Positions 1 to 10,438 are shown, counted from the first letter of the stretch. The stretch: DNA of 64,000 nucleotides from an uncultured Bacilli bacterium (GCA_947589275.1 CANQAQ010000001.1:4884-68883); one strand, 5' to 3'. Numbers and translations are program-made. The notes: a model not told the origin generated them from the letters alone.

Positions 1-2470
1 TTTCATGAACTTCTGTACCAATTCTTACAATACCATCAGCATCAAGATTTTTTCTTGCATCTTCAGATACATTAGGGATATCACGTGTTATTTCCTCAGG
101 ACCAAGTTTAGTATCTCGGCACTGAATTGAATAACTTTCTATATGAACAGATGTATATACATCATCTCTTACTAATCTTTCATTTAATATTACAGCATCT
201 TCATAGTTATATCCGTTATATGTCATAAACGCAACTACTAAGTTTTTACCAAGAGCAAGTTCACCTTTATCTGTACTTGGTCCATCAGCTATAATCATAT
301 TTCTTTCAACTTTATCCCCAGCTTTAACAATTGGTCTTTGATGATAACATGTTGCACCATTTGAACCTTCAAAATTCATTAGTGTATAAACATCTTTACC
401 ACCAGCTGTTTTAATAACTATTTTCTTACCATCAGCATATTCTACTACACCATCAGCCTTTGCTACTACAGTAGCACCACTATCACGAGCTGCCATATAT
501 TCTACACCAGTTCCAACAAATGGAGCTTCTGTTTTTAAAAGTGGTAAAGCTTGACGTTGCATGTTAGCACCCATAAGAGCACGAGTTGCATCATCATGGT
601 CAAGGAATGGAATACATGATGCAGTTACTGAAATAATTTGTTGTGGAGAAACATCTATGTAATTAACATCTTCTGTTTTTACAATAATAGTCTCATTTCT
701 AAAACGTGCTGGAACTTCCTTATCAGTTATTTTATTTCCATCTATATTTACCGTTGCTTGTGAAATAATGTAATCTAGTTCTTCATCAGCTGTTAAATAA
801 TCTATTTGATCTTGAAGAACACCATTCTTTACTTGTCTATATGGACTCATTATAAATCCATATTCATTAACTTTTGCATAACTAGCTAATGAAGTAATAA
901 GTCCTATGTTTGCTCCTTCTGGAGATTCAATTGGACATATTCTACCATAGTGTGATTCATTAACATCACGAACCTCCATTGCAGCTCTATCACGAGATAA
1001 ACCACCAGGTCCTAAAGCAGATAAACGTCTTTTATTAGTAAGTTCAGATACTGGATTTATTTGATCCATAAATTGTGATAATTGACTGCTTCCAAAAAAC
1101 TCTTTTATAACTGCAGTTATTGGTCTAATATTGATTAATGCTTTAGGAGTTGCTTCTGATTCTTCTAAAGTAGTCATTCTCTCACGAATAACTCTTTCCA
1201 TTCTAGTAACACCAATTCTAAATTGATTTTGAATAAGCTCTCCAACCTGTTTAACACGTCTATTTGACAAATGATCTATTTCATCTATTGATCCAATGCC
1301 TTGTAATAAATTTAAATAATATGACACTGAAGCATATATATCAGAAATAGTTAATCTTTTTGCATCTATTCTAGGATCATTACCAATAATAGTAACAACT
1401 TTTTCTGAATTATTTGGTGCAAAAACTTTAACAATTTGGACCATATCATATGTGTCAAGATCTTCATTTATTAATACTTGTTTTAAGTTTAAGCCATCTT
1501 TAAATAAAGGTTTTAATTCGTTTAGTACATCTCTTGTTATTTTTGTACCTTTTTCAAATTTTACTTTATTTTTTACAATTATATCTTCTGCTAATGTTTG
1601 TCCAAATAAACGATCACAAATATCTAATTTTTTATTAAATTTATATCTACCTACTTTTGATAAATCATATCTAAATGGATCAAAGAAACGTGCTATTAAT
1701 TGATTTTTAGCACTATCTAAAGTTGCTGGCTCTCCTGGTTTTAATTTTTCATAAATTTCAATTAATGCCTCATCAGTATTTGATGTTGAATCTTTTTCAA
1801 TAGTATTAAGTAAATACTCATCATCACCAAATAAATCTGTCATATCTTCATTTTTAGATAGACCAAAAGCACGTAAAAAAGTAGCCATAGTAACTTTTCT
1901 ATTTCTATCTATTCTTACATCTACACAATCCTTACTATTAAGTTTATATTCAAGCCATGTTCCTCTATTTGGTATAATTTGTGACGTAAATATATTTCTA
2001 CCATTTTTATCCATTTCTAAACCATAATAGACACTAGGTGAACGAACTAATTGAGAAACAATTACTCTTTCTGCACCATTTATTACAAACGTACCACTAT
2101 CAGTCATAATTGGCATATCACCAAAAAATAATTCTTGCTCTTTTACTTCACCAGTTTGGTTATTAAATAAACGAGCTTGAACTTTTAAAGGAGCAGCATA
2201 AGTTGATTTTCTCTCTTTACATTCCTTTATTGTTAATCTAGGTTCATCAAAAGAATAATCACCTATTTCAAGCGATAATGTACCAGCGATATTATCAACA
2301 GGAAATAATTCATCTAAAACCTCTCTTATTCCTTCTTCTACAAACTTCTTATAAGAAGCTTTTTGAATTTCAAGCAAATCCTGTAATTCCAAAGAATTTT
2401 GAACCCTTGAAAAATCTCTTCTTTCACGATCTTTACATATTTTTTTGATCTTGTAAGCCACGCGCTTCAC
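1..2470 (-). CDS. rpoB: DNA-directed RNA polymerase beta subunit, N-terminal about 820 aa; the gene runs off the window start
   Basis: Reverse translation from a GTG at 2468-2470 gives VKRVAYK...GDMPIMTDSGTFVINGAERVIVSQLVRSPSVYY..., which aligns with the B. subtilis RpoB N-terminus. A GGGG ribosome-binding site sits upstream. The plus-strand ORFs inside it (e.g. 1452..1703) are spurious. Confidence 0.9.
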   Translation of the reverse strand, partial: MKRVAYKIKKICKDRERRDFSRVQNSLELQDLLEIQKASYKKFVEEGIREVLDELFPVDNIAGTLSLEIGDYSFDEPRLTIKECKERKSTYAAPLKVQARLFNNQTGEVKEQELFFGDMPIMTDSGTFVINGAERVIVSQLVRSPSVYYGLEMDKNGRNIFTSQIIPNRGTWLEYKLNSKDCVDVRIDRNRKVTMATFLRAFGLSKNEDMTDLFGDDEYLLNTIEKDSTSNTDEALIEIYEKLKPGEPATLDSAKNQLIARFFDPFRYDLSKVGRYKFNKKLDICDRLFGQTLAEDIIVKNKVKFEKGTKITRDVLNELKPLFKDGLNLKQVLINEDLDTYDMVQIVKVFAPNNSEKVVTIIGNDPRIDAKRLTISDIYASVSYYLNLLQGIGSIDEIDHLSNRRVKQVGELIQNQFRIGVTRMERVIRERMTTLEESEATPKALINIRPITAVIKEFFGSSQLSQFMDQINPVSELTNKRRLSALGPGGLSRDRAAMEVRDVNESHYGRICPIESPEGANIGLITSLASYAKVNEYGFIMSPYRQVKNGVLQDQIDYLTADEELDYIISQATVNIDGNKITDKEVPARFRNETIIVKTEDVNYIDVSPQQIISVTASCIPFLDHDDATRALMGANMQRQALPLLKTEAPFVGTGVEYMAARDSGATVVAKADGVVEYADGKKIVIKTAGGKDVYTLMNFEGSNGATCYHQRPIVKAGDKVERNMIIADGPSTDKGELALGKNLVVAFMTYNGYNYEDAVILNERLVRDDVYTSVHIESYSIQCRDTKLGPEEITRDIPNVSEDARKNLDADGIVRIGTEVHE

Positions 2471-2625
2471 CCCTAACGATAATATTCAAAGAACATGTTT
2501 CCAACCCAAAAAAGAAACATAGTACCAATTTAAAATGTTATCAGAATATTAAATAAAAGTCAATCCATTTTTTATAAATAATTAAAAAAGATAACTTTCG
2601 TTATCTTAATATTTAAAAACTATAA

Positions 2626-3201
2626 TTAATATGTTCTTGCATAACGTTCATATTCTTGTCCGTATTCTTTATAAATACTAGCGGTATATTTTTCTAATTC
2701 TTCATCTGATAATTCCAATTTCTCATCTAATTCATCCAATTGATTTTCTTGATTATTTGTATTATTTTTTCTTTCCATTAAAATCTCTAATTCTTTATAT
2801 GAAATAGGCAATATACCATTTTCTCTAATTTGCTTTTTTAATACATTTTTTACATCATATATTGTTTTACCAAATGATTTGTTATATGCGCCGGATCTAT
2901 ATGCAAGTGAATCTGAATCTGAATATTCTGCTATTTTATTTAAAAACATTTTTCTTAATCTATCTTTTAAATATTCGACACCAACTTTAGAGCTTAACTC
3001 ACCATTTGATTCAGTTATATAATAACTATAATCCTTTGTTCTAACTGTTAATACCACATTAGTAGATGGAAAATTTTTAAATCCAGCATATATTTCATAT
3101 GTCCCATTTTCATCAAAAATAATTTTATATTCAATTTTAGCGCCAATAATTGCCTTCATTAATTCTTCTAAACTCTTTTTATTCATATTATTTGAACTCA
3201 T
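2626..3201 (-). CDS. hypothetical protein, 191 aa, soluble, with an acidic coiled-coil C-terminus
   Basis: Long ORF with a rho-independent terminator just downstream (hairpin agataac-gaaa-gttatct plus T-run at about 2585-2612 on the minus strand). I recognise no domain. Confidence 0.5.
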   Translation of the reverse strand: MSSNNMNKKSLEELMKAIIGAKIEYKIIFDENGTYEIYAGFKNFPSTNVVLTVRTKDYSYYITESNGELSSKVGVEYLKDRLRKMFLNKIAEYSDSDSLAYRSGAYNKSFGKTIYDVKNVLKKQIRENGILPISYKELEILMERKNNTNNQENQLDELDEKLELSDEELEKYTASIYKEYGQEYERYARTY

Positions 3202-3285
3202 AATCTAATTTCCCCCTTGTTCGGCCTAATATACTAACATATTATATATAATATGTCAAATTTTTTAAATTAGTTAATAACTAAA

Positions 3286-3876
3286 CTATTTAATATGACC
3301 TTTTAATACGTAAAATCCTTTATCTTTTATTACTATTTCAAATTCATAAATATTTGAGAAATCATTAATAAGACTTTTTGCGCCTTGATCTTTTCTAATA
3401 ACAATCCAAAGCTCTCCGTTATAATTTAGATATTCTTTTGCATTTCTAACAATATCATAAACTACATTTTTACCTGCATGAATCGGTGGATTTGTTATAA
3501 TCATATCATATTTACTTTTTATATTTAGATACATATCACTTATAAATGCCTTAGCATTTTTTATTTTATTTATCTTTATACCCATATTTGATAGTTTAAC
3601 TGCTCTTTCATTTATATCTATCATATCAACTTTATTATTATTTGATTGTATCGCAATATATATTCCAATTGGACCACATCCACATCCAACATCTAAAAAA
3701 GTTCTTCTATTATCTATATTTATATTTTCAAGTAATAATCTAGTTCCATAATCTAAACCTTTTTTATTAAAAACACCCTTATCTGTATAAAAAGAAAAAT
3801 TTGTATTCTTAATTTTAACATCATATTTAGTTATATTACTTTTAAGTTTTTCATTATTTTCAAAATATTGATTCAT
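3286..3876 (-). CDS. ybxB: class I SAM-dependent methyltransferase (RsmC/YbxB-like)
   Basis: SAM-binding motif I (VGCGCGPIG) and an NPPIH motif. The position between rplL and rpoB matches B. subtilis ybxB. Confidence 0.75.
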   Translation of the reverse strand: MNQYFENNEKLKSNITKYDVKIKNTNFSFYTDKGVFNKKGLDYGTRLLLENINIDNRRTFLDVGCGCGPIGIYIAIQSNNNKVDMIDINERAVKLSNMGIKINKIKNAKAFISDMYLNIKSKYDMIITNPPIHAGKNVVYDIVRNAKEYLNYNGELWIVIRKDQGAKSLINDFSNIYEFEIVIKDKGFYVLKGHIK

Positions 3877-3969
3877 ATTATATCTCCAAAAAATATTTAA
3901 ATAAATTTATATTATTATATATTTACTATTAAATTAATGCAACTATAGTCTAGTATAAATTCTAAGTAG

Positions 3970-4743
3970 CTAATTTTTATTTGACATCACTATATATACT
4001 TTATTTAATTTTTTTATTGTAGAATCAATTTTAGTCATTTCATTATTGTATTCAGATGTAAGCTCAGCAGTTTTTTTATTGTATTGATCAGTCAAAATTT
4101 TTTTATCCAAATTATATTTATTTATAAATTTGTCTATATTATTATTCCAATAACATATAAAATCTTCTATAATCATATCTAACTGTGAAGAAGACTCTTT
4201 AATACCTTCATAAACATTCGGATTAATAGCTAAATCTTGTATTCCATTTATAAAAGAAATAATTATATTTTTATATGTCTCTAATTTAAAGTCATCCATG
4301 TCAATTCTTATACTTGAATATGGATTATGGAATTGAACAATAGTTTCTAAAATTTTTTGAGTAATTGATAATGAAGTAATAGTTCCATTAGGAAACGGAA
4401 TATTACGTTTACCAATTTGAATTAATAAATTAATACTAGAATCACAGTCTTCACAATCTGACATAATTTGATGAAATAATATATGAAAATCTTGATTGAT
4501 ATCTTTTTTTGCTGTAATATGCATAAAATTTTCTAGACTTTCACCATAATCTTCATAATAGTATTCTAAAGTTAAATTTTCATTTACCTCTACTATTATA
4601 TTTTTATCACCACATGTTATTTTTTTACCATCTTCACTAGTAAAGGAGATTTCTCTTGAATTACTTTTACTATTTTTAAGTTGAAACTTTGATTCATACA
4701 CAGAAGTAATATAATTTTTTATATAATTTTGATATTTTGACAT
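3970..4743 (-). CDS. hypothetical protein, 257 aa, soluble, with a Cys/Asp-rich patch (SDCEDCDSS)
   Basis: Long ORF in the rplL-rpoB interval. I recognise no domain. Confidence 0.5.
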   Translation of the reverse strand: MSKYQNYIKNYITSVYESKFQLKNSKSNSREISFTSEDGKKITCGDKNIIVEVNENLTLEYYYEDYGESLENFMHITAKKDINQDFHILFHQIMSDCEDCDSSINLLIQIGKRNIPFPNGTITSLSITQKILETIVQFHNPYSSIRIDMDDFKLETYKNIIISFINGIQDLAINPNVYEGIKESSSQLDMIIEDFICYWNNNIDKFINKYNLDKKILTDQYNKKTAELTSEYNNEMTKIDSTIKKLNKVYIVMSNKN

Positions 4744-4851
4744 ACTTTCAAACTCCTTTATATAATTTAGCGAAATTTATATTACTAAAATCATTTAATA
4801 AAGTCAAGTTTTTAAATAAAAAATAAAAAACATAGATTTCTCTATGTTTAA

Positions 4852-5220
4852 TTAAGCTATTTCTACAGAAGCTCCTGCTTCTTCTAATTTAGCTTTGATT
4901 TCTTCTGCTTCTTCTTTAGAAATGTTTTCTTTTACTGCTCCTCCATTATCAGCAATATCTTTTGCTTCTTTTAATCCAAGACCAGTAATATCTCTTATAA
5001 CTTTAATAACAGGTATCTTAGTTGCTCCTGCACTTGTTAAAGTTACAGTTACTGAAGTAGGCCCTTCTTCAACTGCTCCTGCAGCAGGTGCTGCTGCAAC
5101 TGCAACTGCACTTGGATCTACTCCAAATTCTTCTTTCATTGCATCTACTAATTCCTTAACTTCTAATATTGTCATTTCTTTTAATGAAGCGATAAAATCA
5201 TCTTTATTTAATTTAGCCAT
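4852..5220 (-). CDS. rplL: 50S ribosomal protein L7/L12
   Basis: Alanine-rich hinge and the C-terminal [20 protein letters not shown]...[16 protein letters not shown] consensus. Confidence 0.95.
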   Translation of the reverse strand: MAKLNKDDFIASLKEMTILEVKELVDAMKEEFGVDPSAVAVAAAPAAGAVEEGPTSVTVTLTSAGATKIPVIKVIRDITGLGLKEAKDIADNGGAVKENISKEEAEEIKAKLEEAGASVEIA

Positions 5221-5247
5221 TTTAATTTCCTCCTATTTTCTAAATTA

Positions 5248-5739
5248 TTATTCACTTTTTTGTTCGCTAAGTAAATTTAAAGCGATTGATAAGTCTTTTA
5301 ATGGTGCAATTAAACTACCAGCAAGCATAGTAAGTAATGCATCTCTTGATGGAATTTCTGACAATTTTTTTATTTCCTCTAAAGAAGAAATTTTTCCATC
5401 AACAATACCACCCTTAATTTCTAAAGCTGGATGCTCTTTTGCAAAGTTACTTAATGTCTTTATTGGTGCAATTGTATCAGTAGAATATGCTACTGCACTT
5501 GGACCTACTAAAACATCATCAAGATTGTAATTAAGACTATCTAGTGCTCTTTTAGTCAAAGTATTTTTCCATACTCTATAATTAGCATCATTTTCACGAA
5601 GTAATTTACGTAATTCTGCAGTTTCTAAAGCACTTAGTCCACGATAATCAAATAATATAAACGAAGCGTTTGATTTTGCTATATCAGTTATTTCATTAAC
5701 AATCTGAGTTTTTGCTTCAATTATTTTTTGACTAGCCAT
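5248..5739 (-). CDS. rplJ: 50S ribosomal protein L10
   Basis: L10 family sequence, directly upstream of rplL. Confidence 0.95.
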   Translation of the reverse strand: MASQKIIEAKTQIVNEITDIAKSNASFILFDYRGLSALETAELRKLLRENDANYRVWKNTLTKRALDSLNYNLDDVLVGPSAVAYSTDTIAPIKTLSNFAKEHPALEIKGGIVDGKISSLEEIKKLSEIPSRDALLTMLAGSLIAPLKDLSIALNLLSEQKSE

Positions 5740-5908
5740 TTCTTATCCTCCTATCAAAATTTATATCAAAAAAGTCTTTGTACGCAAGACAAAGACTTAA
5801 AATTTATTATTAAGAATTTGTCCTCGGTAAGAATTATTAAGCATAACTGCACTTACTGTCTTCGGTACATCAAAACTTTTTGATAAACTTATTATATATT
5901 ATTATTTA
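5740..5908 (-). promoter_or_regulatory. L10 (rplJ) leader region with a stable hairpin; likely the L10(L12)4 autoregulatory leader
   Basis: 169-nt untranslated leader with the inverted repeat aagtctttgtc...gcaagacaaagactt. Ribosomal-protein L10 leaders are established in Firmicutes; the assignment here is by position and structure only. Confidence 0.45.
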
Positions 5909-6607
5909 TTATTTGTCAAAAGAACTTAAATCTAATTTTATTCCAGGACCCATTGTAGGTGCTACTGAAATACTTTTTAAGTATTGACCTTTAACTGTAG
6001 ATGGTTTTGACTTAACAAGTACATCTATAAAAGCTACTAAATTTTCTACTAATTTATCTGTATCAAATGATACTTTACCAATAATAGAATGTACGTTACC
6101 AAAACTATCTGTTCTATATTCAATACGACCTTTTTTAATATCATCAATTGCTTTTTTAACATCAGTAGTGACTGTTCCAGTTTTTGGATTAGGCATTAAA
6201 CCTCTTGGTCCTAAAACTTTACCTAATTTACCAAGCATTGGCATCATTTCTGGTGTCGCAATAATTACATCAAAATCAAGCCAGTTTTCTTTTTCTATTT
6301 TTTCAATCATATCAGAATCACCAACAAAATCTGCGCCAGATTCCTTAGCAACCTTAGCTTGATCTGTTTTTGATAAAACTAATATTCTTTTTGTTTTACC
6401 TGTTCCATTTGGTAAAACTATAGCACCTCTTAATTGTTGATCTGATTTTCTTGTATCTAAATTAAGTTTAACAGCTACTTCAACAGAACCATCAAATTTA
6501 GATGTGCTTATTTTTTTAACTAAATCTATAGCTTCTTCTTTAGTATATAATTTACCTTTTTCAATTAATTCTAAAGCTTGTAAATATTTTTTACTTTTCT
6601 TTTTCAT
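5909..6607 (-). CDS. rplA: 50S ribosomal protein L1
   Basis: L1 family sequence (GLMPNPKTGTVT). Confidence 0.95.
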   Translation of the reverse strand: MKKKSKKYLQALELIEKGKLYTKEEAIDLVKKISTSKFDGSVEVAVKLNLDTRKSDQQLRGAIVLPNGTGKTKRILVLSKTDQAKVAKESGADFVGDSDMIEKIEKENWLDFDVIIATPEMMPMLGKLGKVLGPRGLMPNPKTGTVTTDVKKAIDDIKKGRIEYRTDSFGNVHSIIGKVSFDTDKLVENLVAFIDVLVKSKPSTVKGQYLKSISVAPTMGPGIKLDLSSFDK

Positions 6608-6676
6608 CTAATATACCTCCTTTGTGGTTTTAACGGACTTCCCTCCCACATAGGTAAACCCTATATGTAAAAATTC

Positions 6677-7102
6677 CTAATCCTTTATTTCGATACCCAT
6701 ATTATATGCAGTACCTTCGATACTTTTCATTGCTGACTCAATGTCATATGCGTTTAGATCTGGTAATTTAGTTTCTGCAATCTCACGTAATTGTGCTCTT
6801 GTAATTGATCCAACTATTTCTTTTGAACCTTTTCCAGATGCAGATTTTACTCCTGCAGCTTTCTTTATTAAAAATGCAGCTGGTGGAGTCTTTACCTTAA
6901 AATCAAAAGATCTATCGTCATATACGAACACTTCAACTGGTAAAATATCACCCATTTTATCTTTTGTAGCATCATTAAATTTGTTACAAAAATCTGGTAA
7001 TGGGATTCCAGCAGGTCCTAATGCTGTACCAACGGGTGGAGCAGCTGTAGCTTTTCCAGCAGGAATTTGAAGTTTAATCTTTTTTACTATTTCTTTTGCC
7101 AC
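6677..7102 (-). CDS. rplK: 50S ribosomal protein L11
   Basis: [18 protein letters not shown].. L11 consensus. The second GTG (at 7102) sits the proper distance from an AGGAGG site; the ORF-track start at 7111 overlaps that site. Confidence 0.9.
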   Translation of the reverse strand: MAKEIVKKIKLQIPAGKATAAPPVGTALGPAGIPLPDFCNKFNDATKDKMGDILPVEVFVYDDRSFDFKVKTPPAAFLIKKAAGVKSASGKGSKEIVGSITRAQLREIAETKLPDLNAYDIESAMKSIEGTAYNMGIEIKD

Positions 7103-7111
7103 GAAAAACAC

Positions 7112-7232
7112 CTCCTATTAAATTTTTTCGTGAGTGGTCAAATGGTTTTTTATTGCCTCCCACTTTCATCTATATATATAAATACATAGTTGCCTCATTA
7201 TATTAACATTTTTTTAAGGAAAAATCAAGATA
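7112..7232 (-). promoter_or_regulatory. rplK-rplA leader (putative L1-binding autoregulatory region)
   Basis: Untranslated leader containing a gggagg..cccactc hairpin upstream of rplK. Positional inference. Confidence 0.35.
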
Positions 7233-7772
7233 CTAGTTATCTAATTCTATTTGAATTAAATCTACTTCTACAATTGTTTCTTGACCAAATAAATCTATAG
7301 TTACTTTAGCTTTACTTGATTCTAAATCTAATTCTGTTATTTTTCCAGCCATTAACTTAAATGGTCCATCTGTTATTTTAACTCTATCTCCAACTTTTAA
7401 ATCAGCAGAAATTTCTTTTCTTGACATACCCATTGATTTAAGTATTTTATCAATTTCATGATCAAAAAGTGGAAATGGTTTTGCACCTTTTCCTGATGAA
7501 CCAAGAAAACCAGTTACACCTGGAGTATTTCTAACAACATACCATGCTTCATCAGTCATTATCATTTCAACAAGTACATAACCTGGAAATAATTTTTTTA
7601 CTTTCTCTTTTTGTTTACCATCTTTTATTTCTATTTCAGTTGTTTCAGGAACTATTACCCTAAATATATAATTTTGCATATCCATTGATTGTATACGCAT
7701 TTCTAAGTTTTCTTTTACTTTTTCCTCATGACCTGAATAAGTATTTATTACATACCATTTTTTTTCTTCCAT
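7233..7772 (-). CDS. nusG: transcription termination/antitermination factor NusG
   Basis: NGN and KOW domains (KVGDRVKITDGPF). Confidence 0.95.
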   Translation of the reverse strand: MEEKKWYVINTYSGHEEKVKENLEMRIQSMDMQNYIFRVIVPETTEIEIKDGKQKEKVKKLFPGYVLVEMIMTDEAWYVVRNTPGVTGFLGSSGKGAKPFPLFDHEIDKILKSMGMSRKEISADLKVGDRVKITDGPFKLMAGKITELDLESSKAKVTIDLFGQETIVEVDLIQIELDN

Positions 7773-7783
7773 TTTTCACACCT

Positions 7784-7996
7784 CTAAAACAAATCTGTTA
7801 TACTTTCTATTATTTGCTTAAAATCTATTAATCTTATTAGTGATATAATATATTCTATTACTACGAAAAATATTGCAAAGAATATTATGAATATTAATGT
7901 AACTATAATATTTTTTATTAATTCTTTTCCTTTACACCATCTAATTCTATTAAGTTCTTTTTTCATATCAGAAATAAACTCTTTTATCTTATTCAT
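7784..7996 (-). CDS. secE: preprotein translocase subunit SecE
   Basis: 70 aa, one transmembrane segment, canonical position upstream of nusG. Confidence 0.8.
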   Translation of the reverse strand: MNKIKEFISDMKKELNRIRWCKGKELIKNIIVTLIFIIFFAIFFVVIEYIISLIRLIDFKQIIESITDLF

Positions 7997-8067
7997 ATAA
8001 TCTCCTTAATTCCAAAATAAAAAACACTTTTGTGTCCCACGAGTTAAGAATACCACAAAAGTATTTC

Positions 8068-8679
8068 CTAGTCAATACTATTTATACTTATTATTTTATT
8101 TTTTATTCTGCTTATAGTTCCATCAATTGCTTTAGGTGTTGTATTTAATAAACATGCCATTTCTTGATATGAAAAGCCCTGCATTCTAAGTTCAAATACT
8201 TCATATTCTCTATCTGTAAGTTTATTTCTGATTTTTTCTAATAATTCTAGTTCTTCATCAGACTCTATTAAACTATCTTCTGGATTCCTATTTTTATCAT
8301 CAAATATTATTTCCATAAGAGGCCTACCCATATAATCTTTTGTACTATCAATTGAAACAGAATCATTTAATATTTTATGTTTTTGTCTAGTAACATCTCT
8401 TATAAAGGTTAAAATATGTCTTTCAATACAAATACTTGCAAATGTAGCAAATTGAACATTTTTTTGTTCTTTAAAATCATTAATAGCTCTATTAAGCCCA
8501 ATCATACCTTCTTGTATTAAATCACTTAATTCATAACCCTTATATTTTACATATGGATAAAAATTTTTTGCTTTCATTTCTACAATAGGTTTATATTTTT
8601 CAAAGAAAATTTCCTTTGCTTCTTCATTATTTTCTGACACTAAATATAATAATTCATAATCATTTTGATCTTTATACAT
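8068..8679 (-). CDS. sigH: RNA polymerase sigma factor, SigH-like
   Basis: Sigma-70 regions 2 and 4; the position upstream of secE and downstream of rlmB matches sigH. Confidence 0.75.
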   Translation of the reverse strand: MYKDQNDYELLYLVSENNEEAKEIFFEKYKPIVEMKAKNFYPYVKYKGYELSDLIQEGMIGLNRAINDFKEQKNVQFATFASICIERHILTFIRDVTRQKHKILNDSVSIDSTKDYMGRPLMEIIFDDKNRNPEDSLIESDEELELLEKIRNKLTDREYEVFELRMQGFSYQEMACLLNTTPKAIDGTISRIKNKIISINSID

Positions 8680-8683
8680 ATTT

Positions 8684-9382
8684 TTAACGCCTACCTTTTT
8701 GCTTTACTACCTCATAAATTACGATACCAGCTGCGACTGATGCATTTAAACTATTTATTTTTCCATACATAGGAATATTAATAATAAAATCACAGTTATC
8801 TTTTACTAACCTTCCAACACCATTTCCTTCTGCACCTACTATAAGAGCAGTTTTAGATGAATATTCTAACTCTGTATAACTACTACTTCCATCCATATCT
8901 GCTGCATATATCCAAAAACCATTTTTCTTTAGTTTGTTAATAGCACTTACAATATTATTTACTTCGATAATATTAACATTGTTTAATGCTCCTGCACTAA
9001 CTTTCATAACTGTTGAATTTACATCTACACTTCTATCTTTAGGAATTATTATTGATTTTATACCAGCTGCTTCACATGTTCTAATGATTGCACCAAAATT
9101 ATGAGGATCTTCTAAGTGATCTAATATTACAACAAAATCATCGTTATATGAAGTTTCTATTTTTGAATATTTATAATCTTCTATATCTAGCATTATACCT
9201 TGATGATTTTTTCCACATTTATCCTCCATTTGTTTCTTATCAATTATAATTCTTCTAATATTATTATTATCTAAATATTCTATAATTCCCCTATCATTAA
9301 AACTTTTTAATAAAAAAACTTTATTAATTTTTATTTTATTATTTATTATTTCTTTTGCGACATTTTTACCATATACTATCAT
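8684..9382 (-). CDS. rlmB: 23S rRNA 2'-O-methyltransferase (TrmH/SpoU family, RlmB/YacO)
   Basis: SpoU methylase motifs; synteny mrnC-rlmB-sigH. Confidence 0.8.
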   Translation of the reverse strand: MIVYGKNVAKEIINNKIKINKVFLLKSFNDRGIIEYLDNNNIRRIIIDKKQMEDKCGKNHQGIMLDIEDYKYSKIETSYNDDFVVILDHLEDPHNFGAIIRTCEAAGIKSIIIPKDRSVDVNSTVMKVSAGALNNVNIIEVNNIVSAINKLKKNGFWIYAADMDGSSSYTELEYSSKTALIVGAEGNGVGRLVKDNCDFIINIPMYGKINSLNASVAAGIVIYEVVKQKGRR

Positions 9383-9762
9383 TGATTTTCCACTTCCATT
9401 ATTATTTCTATTAATTTTTTTATTCTTTTAATATCATTTTTTATATATAAAAATCCAAATAAACATTCAAGTGAAGTAGCCCACTTATAAGTAACTATAT
9501 CTGTATTTTTTGGATGAGATATTACTTTTGCATTTCTACCTCTTTTTACTACATCTAATTCACTTTGTTCAAGTAAACTATTATCTATTAAGTAATTAAT
9601 ATGTTTACATTGATTTTTTGCTGATACATAATTTAATGCTTTCTTTTGTAAAACATTAACTTTTTGAATTCCCATATTTATAAAATATTTTCTTATTTCA
9701 AGTTCATATACAGCATCTCCTAGATAAGCAAGAGAAAGTATATTTATATTATTAAAATCCAT
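9379..9762 (-). CDS. mrnC: mini-ribonuclease III
   Basis: AYLGDAVYEL RNase III signature, about 127 aa. Confidence 0.8.
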   Translation of the reverse strand: MDFNNINILSLAYLGDAVYELEIRKYFINMGIQKVNVLQKKALNYVSAKNQCKHINYLIDNSLLEQSELDVVKRGRNAKVISHPKNTDIVTYKWATSLECLFGFLYIKNDIKRIKKLIEIIMEVENQ

Positions 9763-9822
9763 TTATGTCACCGATTATATATTAACATAATTATAAAAAT
9801 AATCCAAATTATAAAAAGAATA

Positions 9823-10119
9823 CTAATCAGGTATTCTTATTATAATCTCACCATTTTTTGAAAATAAATATTTTTCTCTTGCATATCTTGCAACATAATC
9901 AGGATCTTGAAGTTTAGTAACAGTTCCCTTTAATTCTTCTTCTTTTTCCTTTAAATCACTCATTACTTTTGTAAATTCTCTTTTTTCTTTCATCTTATTA
10001 TAAATTTCATATGATGTAGATCCTATATTTTGAAGTATTATTGCGCCTAGTACTATATATATAATAGAAGTTATTATAATTTTTCTTTTTATTTTTGCAG
10101 TTTTCAGATCTATCACCAC
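9823..10119 (-). CDS. divIC: septum formation initiator (DivIC/FtsB family)
   Basis: One transmembrane segment, a coiled coil and a DPDYVARYAREK motif; synteny yabP-yabQ-divIC. Confidence 0.65.
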   Translation of the reverse strand: MVIDLKTAKIKRKIIITSIIYIVLGAIILQNIGSTSYEIYNKMKEKREFTKVMSDLKEKEEELKGTVTKLQDPDYVARYAREKYLFSKNGEIIIRIPD

Positions 10120-10174
10120 CTTTATATTTTGAGTATATCATTACTATTTTTATTAGTCAATTTGTATTTAATAG

Positions 10175-10438
10175 CTATCTGTCAAAGAAATATCTATAAA
10201 ATATCATACCAAGTATAAAACATATAAAAAAATAAGTGTGTAAAATTGCATTATTTATCACTGATATTAATACAAAATAAAGTAATACATGATCTATGAT
10301 AAATAAAAAGGTTATAATTAATTTAAAGAAAAGATTGTTTGACATTAAGTATTTATAATTTATTTTGTACGTAAAAGCAAAAAAAATACCATATAAAAAA
10401 GAAAATGCAAGAGATTTAATTTGTAATATTAATGTCAT
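10175..10438 (-). CDS. yabQ: spore cortex biosynthesis protein YabQ-like (small membrane protein)
   Basis: Hydrophobic 87-aa protein sitting between yabP and divIC, as in B. subtilis. Confidence 0.5.
   Translation of the reverse strand: MTLILQIKSLAFSFLYGIFFAFTYKINYKYLMSNNLFFKLIITFLFIIDHVLLYFVLISVINNAILHTYFFICFILGMIFYRYFFDR

Noticed and set aside
1452-1703. 83-aa plus-strand ORF near the window start
   Set aside because: It lies entirely inside the minus-strand rpoB coding sequence, which is not in the ORF table only because it runs off the window edge.
4895-5530. 211-aa plus-strand ORF overlapping rplL and rplJ; similar antisense ORFs sit at 6168..6362, 6741..7070, 12272..12469, 14627..14887, 22074..22459, 25741..25983, 27895..28149, 30446..31107, 31409..31657, 33153..33446, 36562..36756, 39501..39728, 41104..41343, 42382..42726, 51093..51377, 52229..52480, 53201..53479, 54312..54638, 55883..56197, 59057..59266, 60053..60235 and 62383..63118
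   Set aside because: Each lies antisense to or inside a well-supported conserved gene. They have low-complexity S/L/F/I-rich translations typical of the reverse frames of AT-rich coding DNA, and no ribosome-binding sites. I treat them as artefacts of the six-frame scan.
7103-7111. ORF-track start of rplK at an upstream GTG (MFFVAKE...)
   Set aside because: That GTG overlaps the AGGAGG Shine-Dalgarno sequence. The downstream GTG, which gives MAKEIVKK, matches the conserved L11 N-terminus.
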